From: a virus
Taxonomy: Duplodnaviria > Caudoviricetes
Length of the DNA: 64,000 bases
IMG/VR virus record: IMGVR_UViG_3300043432_000237
Coordinates: 1-64,000 of that record
Reading direction: 5' to 3' (one strand)
The notes under the pieces were generated by a model, which did not search any database, was not told the DNA's origin, and saw nothing but the letters and a program-made list of their open reading frames with translations. Made by a program: the position numbers and the translations under genes. Positions 36,057-44,505 of the stretch are shown here, piece after piece (the first letter of the stretch is position 1; each line of letters begins with the position of its first letter).

Positions 36057-36491
36057 ATGTTGGGTCAGACAGGTTTCATGGTTCCGGGGCCGACGGCCTA
36101 CAGTCCGCCGCGCGGATTCCCCACGTGCGTGCCGGCCGATCGCAAGGCGCTCGCCGAGTACGCCTGCAAGCGCTACCAGACCGTCAAGGGACTGGGCACG
36201 GTGGCCGATCCGTACGCGGTGGCCCCCGCCTGCTACGTCGCGGCCATGCCGACCTGTGCGCCGACGCTGGTGCGCAGCTCGTTCCCGACGGCGCAGCTCA
36301 GCACGTCCGTCCTGAACGCCCTGCGGACGCCACCCGTCCTGAACACCGAGCCGCAGCCCATTCCGCCGCCCCCGGCGCCCGCTCCGTCGAGCAACAAGGC
36401 GCTGGTCGTCGGTGGCATTCTGGCCGCCGCGCTGGTCGTCGGCGGTGGCTACCTGGTCTACAAGTCCAGGAAGAAAACCGCAGCCGCCTGA
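36057..36491 (+). CDS. Tail-anchored membrane protein
   Basis: VKGLG motif; TM followed by KSRKK. Confidence 0.7.
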   Translation: MLGQTGFMVPGPTAYSPPRGFPTCVPADRKALAEYACKRYQTVKGLGTVADPYAVAPACYVAAMPTCAPTLVRSSFPTAQLSTSVLNALRTPPVLNTEPQPIPPPPAPAPSSNKALVVGGILAAALVVGGGYLVYKSRKKTAAA

Positions 36492-36495
36492 CTTT

Positions 36496-36524
36496 TTGGG
36501 TCACCCGACCCAGAGTGATAGGCT
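36496..36524 (+). promoter_or_regulatory. Sigma70-like promoter
   Basis: TTGGGT-N17-TAGGCT with TGn extension, preceded by a T-run. Confidence 0.5.
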
Positions 36525-36543
36525 GCACGAGACAGGAGACAGA

Positions 36544-37194
36544 ATGACGGCTTTCCCCAATCAGCCCATCGGTGGCCGGCTCCCGACGATGTGGGAGGTC
36601 GGCCCGAGCGACTTGCGCTACTCGTCGAGCACTGCGCCGGCCATGCAGACCCAGATCGATCGGGCGCACGGGCGTCATCTCGCCGGGACCGACGACCAGG
36701 TCCAGGACGAGGCCGCCGATCAAGGCATGGCCAAGAACGAGCTGGACTACTACGCGCAGATGGACGACGTCCAGGGCGCGGGCGTGTTCGATCCGCCGGG
36801 TAGTCATGGCAACATCCACCCCGACGCCGGGATCTTCACGGCGCGGTTCGACGTGCCGGGCTACCTCGCCCGCGAGCGCTTCAACCGCCCGAGCGAAGTC
36901 ATCGACGCCACCACGGGCCGCCCGACGATCTACGTCAACGGCGGCGCCGTGGCGATGGACGACAGCGCGCGCGTGGCGTTCATCGAGAACGATCAGTACC
37001 AGACGCCGCAGCCGGTACTGGACTCGCTGGCCGAGCACCGCATGCCGGGCCGCTCGACCGTCAACGTCCAGCAGAACCCGCAAGCCATCGGCGCCGTCTC
37101 GCAGCCGATGAGCGGGATCAAGCTGTTCGCGATCACGGCCGCTGTCGGCCTGGCCGCGGGCGCCGCCTACGCGGCGTTCCGCAAGAAGAAGTGA
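36544..37194 (+). CDS. Tail-anchored membrane protein
   Basis: GGAG SD; GAGVF and AGIF motifs; TM followed by RKKK. Confidence 0.7.
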   Translation: MTAFPNQPIGGRLPTMWEVGPSDLRYSSSTAPAMQTQIDRAHGRHLAGTDDQVQDEAADQGMAKNELDYYAQMDDVQGAGVFDPPGSHGNIHPDAGIFTARFDVPGYLARERFNRPSEVIDATTGRPTIYVNGGAVAMDDSARVAFIENDQYQTPQPVLDSLAEHRMPGRSTVNVQQNPQAIGAVSQPMSGIKLFAITAAVGLAAGAAYAAFRKKK

Positions 37195-37200
37195 GCGCCA

Positions 37201-37479
37201 ATGGACTGGGAGCAGGCAGCAGCTGGGACCGGGGACTATCACAGCTACCCGATCACGCCGGGCGTGGGCGACGTCTACAGTGACGCCGCGGTCAGCCAGG
37301 CGCGCGCCATTTGGGGTGCGCTCAGCGTCGCGGGCGCTGCTGCCAGTGCCTACCACGGCTACAAGCGCACGCAGAGCGTCGGCTGGGCGTTCGTGTGGGC
37401 GCTGTGCGGCTCGATCGCTCCGGTCGTCACCGTGCCCGTGGCCATCGCGCAGGGATTCGGCAAGCCGAAGCGAGGGTGA
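37201..37479 (+). CDS. Small two-TM membrane protein
   Basis: PGVGD; AASAYHGYKR..SVGWAFVW..IAQGFGKPK. Confidence 0.7.
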   Translation: MDWEQAAAGTGDYHSYPITPGVGDVYSDAAVSQARAIWGALSVAGAAASAYHGYKRTQSVGWAFVWALCGSIAPVVTVPVAIAQGFGKPKRG

Positions 37480-37485
37480 GCGGAG

Positions 37486-38937
37486 ATGGCGTTCTATCGG
37501 GTGCTGGTGGCAGAAAACGGTCGCATGCGCGAAGCAGGCGAGGTGCGCCTTGTGGAGCGTGCCAGCAACGCCGAGCTGGAGCGCGTGCTCGCCGACATAT
37601 CAGTCTTCGCGCCCCGGGGACAAGACCGAGTGAAGTGGACCGCAGAGGGCGCCACCATCACGGATGCGCACGGCGACCTGGTGGTACTGAAGAAGGTGGA
37701 GCGCATGAAGGCCAATGCAATGCGGATCCGTAAAGACTGTGCGCACTGTGGTCACCACATGTCGGCGCACCGGTACGACCCGGCAGTGCGCGGCGGTCCG
37801 CAACGCTGCTCTGTGCATGGGTGCCGCTGCACGGTGTTCGAGCGCGCAGCGAAGGGCGCGAGGAAAGTGAAGTTGGAGGCCAACGTGCGCAAGCAGCACT
37901 TTGCTGGGTACGACTTTTCCTCGGGTCCCGAAGGAACGGTAGTGCATCGTCCGCATGCGTCAGAGCTGCGCAGCGGCGATCGGGTCAAGTACAAGGACGT
38001 GAACCTGACCGACCAGGGCACAGTCGTATCGGCATCCGGTAAGTGGGCAGAGGTGCGTTGGGACCGATACCCGAACACTGCCACCAGAGAGTGGGCAGAC
38101 AATCTGAAAGTAGTGTCTCAGATGAACCGAAACTCACGTCACGCTCAGCTCGACTCGCGCACGCGCGAGATCGCCGAGACCGCTCCCATCCTGAACGACG
38201 GCGAGTTCGACTGGAAGGGCGAGGAGGGGCTGCTGCGCATCTGGATGGGCCAGCACGCTCCGACCTTCCTGTACTACTTCGGCAGCAGCGTCGAGGACGC
38301 TTTCGAGGAAGCGGTCGAATGGGCCGATGACCACGCTCCGGGCTTGCTGTTTATGCTGGGGCTCGAAGAGTACAAAGGAGCGGCCGAGGACGAGGGCATC
38401 GAGTGGAACGACGCCTGGCCGGACTTCGAGGACCCGGACTTCCAGCGAGTGGTCGATGCTGCCGAAGCAGACATGACTATCATCGGGCACACCACGCTCA
38501 AGAACGGCAATGCGGTACCAAGCTGGGAGTGGGGAGTCGACGAGATCCACGGCGAGGAGCGCGAGATCGTGACCGCGCGCGCCGCGCCGTACACGTACCG
38601 CATGACCTACGAGATCGTGACCCCGGAGAGCGCCGAAGATGGTGACGCCGCGGAGCGTGGGTGGGAAGTCGAGGAGCCCGCCGGACCCTTCTCACTCGAA
38701 GACCTCGTGCGGGAGGTCAACGATCACACCTGGGTCGAGTGGTCGAACAGCAACCCCACGGGCCAACGGGGCGAGTGGCTGATCAGCGAAGCGGAGCAGA
38801 ACTACTCCACCGGCGAAGACACCAGCTACCACCTGTTCATCGAACGGGTGGACGGGAAGCCGCTTTCCACGGCAGAGATCAAGGACATCAGCAAGGCGCT
38901 CGGTGTCTCGACGTTCGGCATGATGTTTCGGACCTGA
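37486..38937 (+). CDS. Modular polyprotein-like protein (Zn finger, SH3/KOW-like and acidic modules)
   Basis: CAHCGH..H..CSVHGCRC; LRSGDRVKY..GTVV..AEVRWD; modules separated by MKAN, LEAN, MNRN. Confidence 0.65.
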   Translation: MAFYRVLVAENGRMREAGEVRLVERASNAELERVLADISVFAPRGQDRVKWTAEGATITDAHGDLVVLKKVERMKANAMRIRKDCAHCGHHMSAHRYDPAVRGGPQRCSVHGCRCTVFERAAKGARKVKLEANVRKQHFAGYDFSSGPEGTVVHRPHASELRSGDRVKYKDVNLTDQGTVVSASGKWAEVRWDRYPNTATREWADNLKVVSQMNRNSRHAQLDSRTREIAETAPILNDGEFDWKGEEGLLRIWMGQHAPTFLYYFGSSVEDAFEEAVEWADDHAPGLLFMLGLEEYKGAAEDEGIEWNDAWPDFEDPDFQRVVDAAEADMTIIGHTTLKNGNAVPSWEWGVDEIHGEEREIVTARAAPYTYRMTYEIVTPESAEDGDAAERGWEVEEPAGPFSLEDLVREVNDHTWVEWSNSNPTGQRGEWLISEAEQNYSTGEDTSYHLFIERVDGKPLSTAEIKDISKALGVSTFGMMFRT

Positions 38938-38940
38938 GGA

Positions 38941-39546
38941 ATGACTATGCAGATGCCCGGCTACCCTCCTGGAGTTCCCAACCCGCTCGTGCGGCACGTG
39001 CACCCGTACCCCACGCGCTTCCATGGCACGATCTACACGCGCCCGGTGTTCGGGCTGCCGTACGTGCTCAGCCCGGGCAACGTCGCCATGCCGGGTGAGA
39101 TCGCCGGCCTGGGCGACTACAACGTGGGCCAGGGCGTGTTCCGCCCGGGCGGCTACGGCGGCGGCGTGTTCGACGGCAACCTCGCGGGACTCGGAGCCAC
39201 GGATCCGGTGGCGGCGGCCCAGACCAACCTCACCCAGCTGCAAGCCACCATTTCGGCGCTGGCGTCCCAGATGGCGTCGGTGACGCCCAACCAGGCCGCT
39301 CTGCTGGCAGAGCAGATCGCTGCGCTGCAGAAGCAGGAGACCGCGCTCAAGGCGGAGATCAAGAAGCTGCAGAGCGTGCCGAAGGTGCCCGTGTCGTTCT
39401 CGCCTCCAGTGGCCGCTCCGCCGGTGCAGACGGCGCCAGTCGAGTCGCTGATGGTGCCCAGCGACAACAAGTGGGTCATGTTCGTGGTGGGTGGCGGAAT
39501 CGCCATCGGTGCGCTGATCTACCTCAAGAAGAAGAAGAAGATCTGA
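38941..39546 (+). CDS. Tail-anchored membrane protein with short coiled coil
   Basis: IAGLGDY, LAGLGAT, GVF motifs; TM followed by KKKKK. Confidence 0.75.
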   Translation: MTMQMPGYPPGVPNPLVRHVHPYPTRFHGTIYTRPVFGLPYVLSPGNVAMPGEIAGLGDYNVGQGVFRPGGYGGGVFDGNLAGLGATDPVAAAQTNLTQLQATISALASQMASVTPNQAALLAEQIAALQKQETALKAEIKKLQSVPKVPVSFSPPVAAPPVQTAPVESLMVPSDNKWVMFVVGGGIAIGALIYLKKKKKI

Positions 39547-39980
39547 TGTACGTCTCGCTCGGAGCCGAGCTGCAGCACTTGCCACTGCCGGGACTCTCCA
39601 GCGGTGGCTCGTGCAGTATGGCGTCCAACGCCTACAGCGTGTTGACCGGTCGCGTGCAGGATGCCTTGGCCGAAGAAGGCGCCTCGCTGATCTCGGACGG
39701 CATCTGGAGCAAGCGCACCTGTGCGGGCTGGTGGCTGGTGATGGAAGAGGCGCCGACCGAGTCGGGCGTGCGCGAGCTGCTGGGCGACTACGTCCCGACG
39801 CAGTGCAAGTCCATCAGCGTGCCCGCCTGCCCGCGCCCGAGCGCGGCCGAGCTGGCGGCGGTCAAGGTCGCCAAGCCGGGCTGGCAGGCCGACATCGGCG
39901 GCAAGCCCTGGAACCTGTGGCTGGTGGGCGGCGTGGTCGCCGTGGCCGCTGCCTTGGCCTACACGCGCCGCAACAAGTAG
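39546..39980 (+). CDS. Tail-anchored protein with degenerate PG-binding-like domain
   Basis: MYVSLG start; VQDAL..DGIWSKRT; TM followed by RRNK. Confidence 0.65.
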   Translation: MYVSLGAELQHLPLPGLSSGGSCSMASNAYSVLTGRVQDALAEEGASLISDGIWSKRTCAGWWLVMEEAPTESGVRELLGDYVPTQCKSISVPACPRPSAAELAAVKVAKPGWQADIGGKPWNLWLVGGVVAVAAALAYTRRNK

Positions 39981-40029
39981 CGGTCGGGATTTTTGCAGCC
40001 GTTGGCTGCCCCGTGATGTACTCGGCCTC

Positions 40030-40671
40030 ATGAGTTTCGGAATTCTCGGAGGTCTGGGAGCAACGGGACTGGGGTCAGCTCCATACCCGGTGTGCTCCTA
40101 CTTCGGCTACGAGTGTCAGCACTGGAACGAGTACCCGCCGGACATTCAGAGCCAGATCATCGCCGCGGCGAAGCAGATCGACGCGAACCTGCAGGCGCAG
40201 TACGCGACCATCCGCAACGACGGCGGCTGCGACGCCAACGTCTCGGGTCGTCTGGCTGGCGCGCTCAAGGAGAAGCTGATCAAGTCCGGTGGTGATCCGG
40301 CCAAGATGAGCGCGGACGACTCCAGCTTCGGCCCCAAGGAGTGCGCCGAGTGGTGGAGGATCTACGACCGCGGCGTGACCATGGACGACGTGCTGGCGGT
40401 CAGCACGGCCGTGCTGGGCGGCGTGAAGGCGTCGGTCCAGACGATCTGCCAAAACAAGATCACGCTGCCGACCTGCGTGAAGCCGCCGCCGCCGCCGCCC
40501 CCCGGCGGTGGCAGCAGCAGCGGTGGCGGTGGTGGCGGAGTGATCCTGCCGCTGCCCATGCCGGCCAAGCCCAAGGTCAGCTACGCCAACCTGCTGGTGA
40601 CGGGCGGCGTGGTTGCCGCCGTCAGCGTGACGGGCTACTTCGTGGCGAAGAAGAAAGGCTGGCTCAAGTGA
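40030..40671 (+). CDS. Tail-anchored protein, paralogue of 39546..39980
   Basis: LGGLGATGLG leader; DSSFGPKECAEWW; TM followed by KKKG; promoter-like TTGCAG-N18-TGTACT upstream. Confidence 0.7.
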   Translation: MSFGILGGLGATGLGSAPYPVCSYFGYECQHWNEYPPDIQSQIIAAAKQIDANLQAQYATIRNDGGCDANVSGRLAGALKEKLIKSGGDPAKMSADDSSFGPKECAEWWRIYDRGVTMDDVLAVSTAVLGGVKASVQTICQNKITLPTCVKPPPPPPPGGGSSSGGGGGGVILPLPMPAKPKVSYANLLVTGGVVAAVSVTGYFVAKKKGWLK

Positions 40672-41039
40672 AGCGAGTCAACGTGGACGTGAGCAACTTT
40701 CGCGGCCCGCTCGATCCGGTGCCGTTCGCGGGGCTGGGTGCAGCGGCGCCCGGCTGGCCGGGTGGGCGCTCCTACTGGAACGTCTCGAACTTTCGCGCTC
40801 CCTACGACACCGGCCGGTTCAACGCGAGCCTGATGGGCCTGGGCGCGACGCAGGTGGCCGTGCCGCCGAGCGCGCTCTTGCCACCGCGCTTCCAGGAGTA
40901 CCTCGCCACGGGCGCCCCGATGCGCTCGGTCGTGGGCGCCGTGCAGCCCGCGCTCTGCCAGATCCCGCGCTGGGCCTGGGCGCTGATTGCCGCAGGCGCC
41001 GGCTACGCCGCCTATCGGGCGTTCAAGCCCAAGACCTGA
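40668..41039 (+). CDS. Tail-anchored protein with internal peptide repeat
   Basis: VSNFR.P.D...GLGA twice; C-terminal TM. Confidence 0.65.
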   Translation: MKRVNVDVSNFRGPLDPVPFAGLGAAAPGWPGGRSYWNVSNFRAPYDTGRFNASLMGLGATQVAVPPSALLPPRFQEYLATGAPMRSVVGAVQPALCQIPRWAWALIAAGAGYAAYRAFKPKT

Positions 41040-41049
41040 GAGAGCGACC

Positions 41050-41871
41050 ATGGGAAGCCTACAGGCACTTGCGTCCAAGTTCGTGATGGATCCGCCGCCG
41101 GATGACCCGGCAGGTCGGCTGCAGTTCCTTGCTCAGCATCTGCAGTACGTCGAGCAGATCATCGCGAAGCTGCCGCTGCCCGGCTACATCGCGGAGGATC
41201 AGGCGCTCCGCGACATGAACTCCGTGCGCGATCTGCTGGACAAGCTCAAGGACGTGACGGTGTCCACGGCTTTCCAGCTGCCCGGCGACGTGATGCGCAA
41301 CGTGATCCTGGGTCTCTGGCACGTCTGCAACTACGGCGTGAAGGTGCACTCTCCGGAGTGGCGCCAGCTGGCGCTGACCAACAAGGTCATGACGGCCGCC
41401 GAGCTGGAGCAGGACTACCTGGCGCGCCTGGGTGTGATGCAGGTGATCATCCGCATCCAGCAGTCGGGCGCGCTCAATCCGCTGTTCGCGAAGAAGGGTT
41501 CGATCACCTCGCTGGGTGAGCCCATCACGACCATCGCCATCGTCGCCATCGTCGCCACCGCCGTGGTGCTCGTCGCGCTGGGCTACGCGCTGATGCAGTG
41601 GACGGTGCTGTCCCTGAACAACAAGAAGATCCTGGACCGCCTGGACAAGATCTGTTTTGACTCGCAGGGGCGACCCATCGAGGCTGTCAAGGCCGACTGC
41701 GTGAAGGCCTACCAGGATGCCAACGACAAGCTCAACACGCAGGGCCCCAAGAACCCGATCGAAGACCTGGTGAAGTACGCGGCCATCGGTGGCGCCGTGT
41801 ACCTGGGCGTGCTGTTCCTGCCTGACATCGTGCGCACGCTGCGCGAGACCCGCGCTGCGTCCAAAGCCTGA
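41050..41871 (+). CDS. Two-TM membrane protein
   Basis: SLGEP followed by long hydrophobic ITTIAIVAIVATAVVLVALGYALM; second TM near the C-terminus. Confidence 0.7.
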   Translation: MGSLQALASKFVMDPPPDDPAGRLQFLAQHLQYVEQIIAKLPLPGYIAEDQALRDMNSVRDLLDKLKDVTVSTAFQLPGDVMRNVILGLWHVCNYGVKVHSPEWRQLALTNKVMTAAELEQDYLARLGVMQVIIRIQQSGALNPLFAKKGSITSLGEPITTIAIVAIVATAVVLVALGYALMQWTVLSLNNKKILDRLDKICFDSQGRPIEAVKADCVKAYQDANDKLNTQGPKNPIEDLVKYAAIGGAVYLGVLFLPDIVRTLRETRAASKA

Positions 41872-41884
41872 GGAGCATCCAGTC

Positions 41885-42223
41885 GTGATCTACTCACAGT
41901 GGAAGCCCGACACGGGGCGCTACGAGTACTACGAGTCGGCCGAGCGCTACGCGCGCGGCGACGATCTGCCGGTGCCGCGCCTGCGTGCCACCTCTCCAAT
42001 CGGTGTGCCCAGCACCGAGATCGGTCGCACGCCGACCCAGGCTCTGCGGCGCGTGGGCGAGGGCGAGCATGCCCGCGGCATGATCCTGCCGCTCAGTCGC
42101 GTGGGGCTGCTCGGCAGCACGACGCTCGACAGCATCCCGACCTGGGTGTGGGTGGGGCTGGGCGTGGCGGCGGGGTACGTCTTGTCGCGTCCCATCGCCA
42201 AGATGCTGAGGAGCGCGCTGTGA
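41885..42223 (+). CDS. Tail-anchored protein
   Basis: GAGGAG SD; YSQW.P..GRYEYYE; C-terminal TM. Confidence 0.65.
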   Translation: MIYSQWKPDTGRYEYYESAERYARGDDLPVPRLRATSPIGVPSTEIGRTPTQALRRVGEGEHARGMILPLSRVGLLGSTTLDSIPTWVWVGLGVAAGYVLSRPIAKMLRSAL

Positions 42224-42795
42224 GTCGACGCTACGTCGTCAACCGCGCCGAGTCGTTCGAGGCGGCCAAGCGCATCCGGGAGACGTTCCAGGACGCCCCC
42301 ATGCGCCGGCAGACCCCTGTGCCCTGGCAGTGGCCGAGCAGCATGCAAGAGGTGGGGATCTGCATTGGCGTCATGTACGCCTCCAACAAGTGGCAGTCCA
42401 ACCCGCGCACGCTGGTCGACTACAAGCACCTTGCCGAAGGTCCGCAGCGCCTCTACGTGCGCCGCGGTTTTCTGCGCGAGCACAAGACTCCCGAGCGCCA
42501 GCTGCGCGTCTGTGGCCCGATGGTGCCGCTCGACAAGCCGATGCCCACCGCGTTCGCGGAGCTGGCCAAGATCTTGGGCATCCAAGCCCAGCTCTATCAG
42601 GGCACCAACGAGCGCTTCGTGGTGCCCGAGGGCGACGAGCACATCTACCAGGTCAACATTCCCCGCGCGCACCTGGGGGCGGCCAAGCACCCCAAGACAG
42701 GTGAGACGTTCTTGCTGGTCTACAACGCCGACGGTGTTCACTGCATCATCTGCGGTGATGAGCTGGACGTCGAGAAGGACGGCATCGTGGGATGA
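42220..42795 (+). CDS. Hypothetical soluble protein
   Basis: GAGGAG SD; YVVN leader motif; DYKH. Confidence 0.65.
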   Translation: MSRRYVVNRAESFEAAKRIRETFQDAPMRRQTPVPWQWPSSMQEVGICIGVMYASNKWQSNPRTLVDYKHLAEGPQRLYVRRGFLREHKTPERQLRVCGPMVPLDKPMPTAFAELAKILGIQAQLYQGTNERFVVPEGDEHIYQVNIPRAHLGAAKHPKTGETFLLVYNADGVHCIICGDELDVEKDGIVG

Positions 42796-43106
42796 GCTAC
42801 GTCGTGGCCCGCCCGCAGAAGAGCCTCGGCGTCGTCCCGGGAGGACAGAACTTGTGGCTTGGACTCGCACTGTCAGTGGTCCTGCTGTACGTGTTCCGCG
42901 CGGAGCTGTTCGGTGGTGTGTCCACCGCGGGCTGGTACGTGGAGCTGTACGAGTATCCGGTGGGCCACCGGGAGCGTCGCATCAAGCTGGTGGAGGGACC
43001 GTTCGAGAGCAAGCGTGAGGCGAACGAAGTCGCGCGCGAGAACGACGACGTCTGGTATCCGCGCGTGGTCTACCGTGAGCGCGCGTACACGGAAGAGGAC
43101 TTCTGA
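42792..43106 (+). CDS. Small membrane protein
   Basis: MSY..KSLG leader, TM, GPFESK.EA domain. Confidence 0.6.
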   Translation: MSYVVARPQKSLGVVPGGQNLWLGLALSVVLLYVFRAELFGGVSTAGWYVELYEYPVGHRERRIKLVEGPFESKREANEVARENDDVWYPRVVYRERAYTEEDF

Positions 43107-44209
43107 TGGCCTACACCGCAATGAACCTGCAACCGATGGGCAAACAGATCATTGCCCGCGGCGGTTCGACCGACAGCTCCAGCATGCAGGTCTACGCACA
43201 GACGGCCGGCGCGATCGGTGGCGCCGCGATCTGCGCAGCCAGCGGTGCGGGCGCCGTGGCTGCTTCGATCTGTGCCCAGGTGGGCGGCGCAATCGTCAAG
43301 GTCATCGCGGGCAACATCGGCACCCCGGCCACGTCAGGCAACGCCTACGGCTTGTTCAATTTGTGGAAGGACGCCATGGTGCCGCAGGCGCGCATCGCCC
43401 AGGAGGGTTCGATGGCGGTGCGCGCGTACCTGACCATGCGCGATCAGCTGATCGACGAGCTGGCCCAGCAGCTGCGCCCGTTGCAGTCTGTGGAGTCAGG
43501 TAGGGCCTGGGCCGACGCTCGTCTGAGTCAGCTGGGCTTGCCGCCCGCACCCGTGTTGCCGCAGTGGGCGCCCCGTGACGACCTCTGGCAGGCCTACAAG
43601 GACAACCAGGTCTGGAGCAAGAATCCGCTCGGAGATCCTCCGACGTGGAAGTCGTCGCTGACGACGCCACTCTTCCCGACCAAGAACTACTGCACCTACG
43701 GCGAGATCTGGGGCTACCAGAGTCCGTCCATCAATCAGCTGCGCGACAAGGTCGGGCTGAGCTGCTCAGATCTGTTGTTGCTCTGGCTCTACCCGATGGG
43801 CGCTCCTGCACCGCCGGGTGAGCCGATCAACTGGGCCATGGTGGGCGCCTGGGAGCTGGCGCAGCGCTTCACGCAGCTGAGCATGATCAGTATCCCAGTG
43901 CACCAGGCGAGCGCCGTGCGCGTCGTCCGCCCCGGCGTGAAGGTGACGCAGCTGCCGTACAAGAGTCCGCAGCAGGTCGTGACGGCCACGGTGACTCCGT
44001 CGCAGCATGCCACGCTGTTGGTGCTCAACCTGCAAGAGGCCAGCGCGAAGCTCAAGCAAGAGGTCAAGGCCCGCTTGGCTTCGTCAGCTGCCGTGGCGCT
44101 CGTCCAGCTGCGCACCGAAAGTGATCGCAAGCTCACGTGGGCTGTCGCAGCTGGCGTACTGGGCGTCGGCGCTGCCGGCTACTGGTGGCACCGACGCAGC
44201 AAGCGATGA
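43106..44209 (+). CDS. Membrane protein with Gly/Ala-rich N-terminal hairpin and C-terminal anchor
   Basis: AGAIGGAAICAASGAGAVAASICAQVGG; TM followed by HRRSKR. Confidence 0.7.
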   Translation: MAYTAMNLQPMGKQIIARGGSTDSSSMQVYAQTAGAIGGAAICAASGAGAVAASICAQVGGAIVKVIAGNIGTPATSGNAYGLFNLWKDAMVPQARIAQEGSMAVRAYLTMRDQLIDELAQQLRPLQSVESGRAWADARLSQLGLPPAPVLPQWAPRDDLWQAYKDNQVWSKNPLGDPPTWKSSLTTPLFPTKNYCTYGEIWGYQSPSINQLRDKVGLSCSDLLLLWLYPMGAPAPPGEPINWAMVGAWELAQRFTQLSMISIPVHQASAVRVVRPGVKVTQLPYKSPQQVVTATVTPSQHATLLVLNLQEASAKLKQEVKARLASSAAVALVQLRTESDRKLTWAVAAGVLGVGAAGYWWHRRSKR

Positions 44210-44400
44210 ACGTCTTGCCGCCGCGTTTCCCGTACTTGGGGACCGCACAAAAAGCGAACGCCGGGCGATCACTCCCGGCGCACGCAGCGCCCCACCTGAA
44301 GCAGGCAGGTAGGACATGAACAAGATACACGACCAGTACCTCACGAACCAGGCGCAAATTAGCCTGAAAAATAGGCCTGTCGGGCACGTGTGTGAAAAAT

Positions 44401-44430
44401 TGACGAGCTGCCCGCCTCCCCGCTAGGGTG
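44401..44430 (+). promoter_or_regulatory. Sigma70-like promoter of the core/capsid operon
   Basis: A-tract then TTGACG-N18-TAGGGT in a locally AT-richer intergenic region. Confidence 0.6.
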
Positions 44431-44505
44431 CTCTTCAGTAACGGAATCCCAGGTTGGTCCGGAACCACTTGGCCTGCTCCGCGACAGCGGTGAGGTGTGC
44501 CCAAG

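Noticed and set aside
44206-44400. 37-aa ORF (44206..44319) or a tRNA in the intergenic region
   Set aside because: No cloverleaf seen; the ORF has no features; more likely a promoter region
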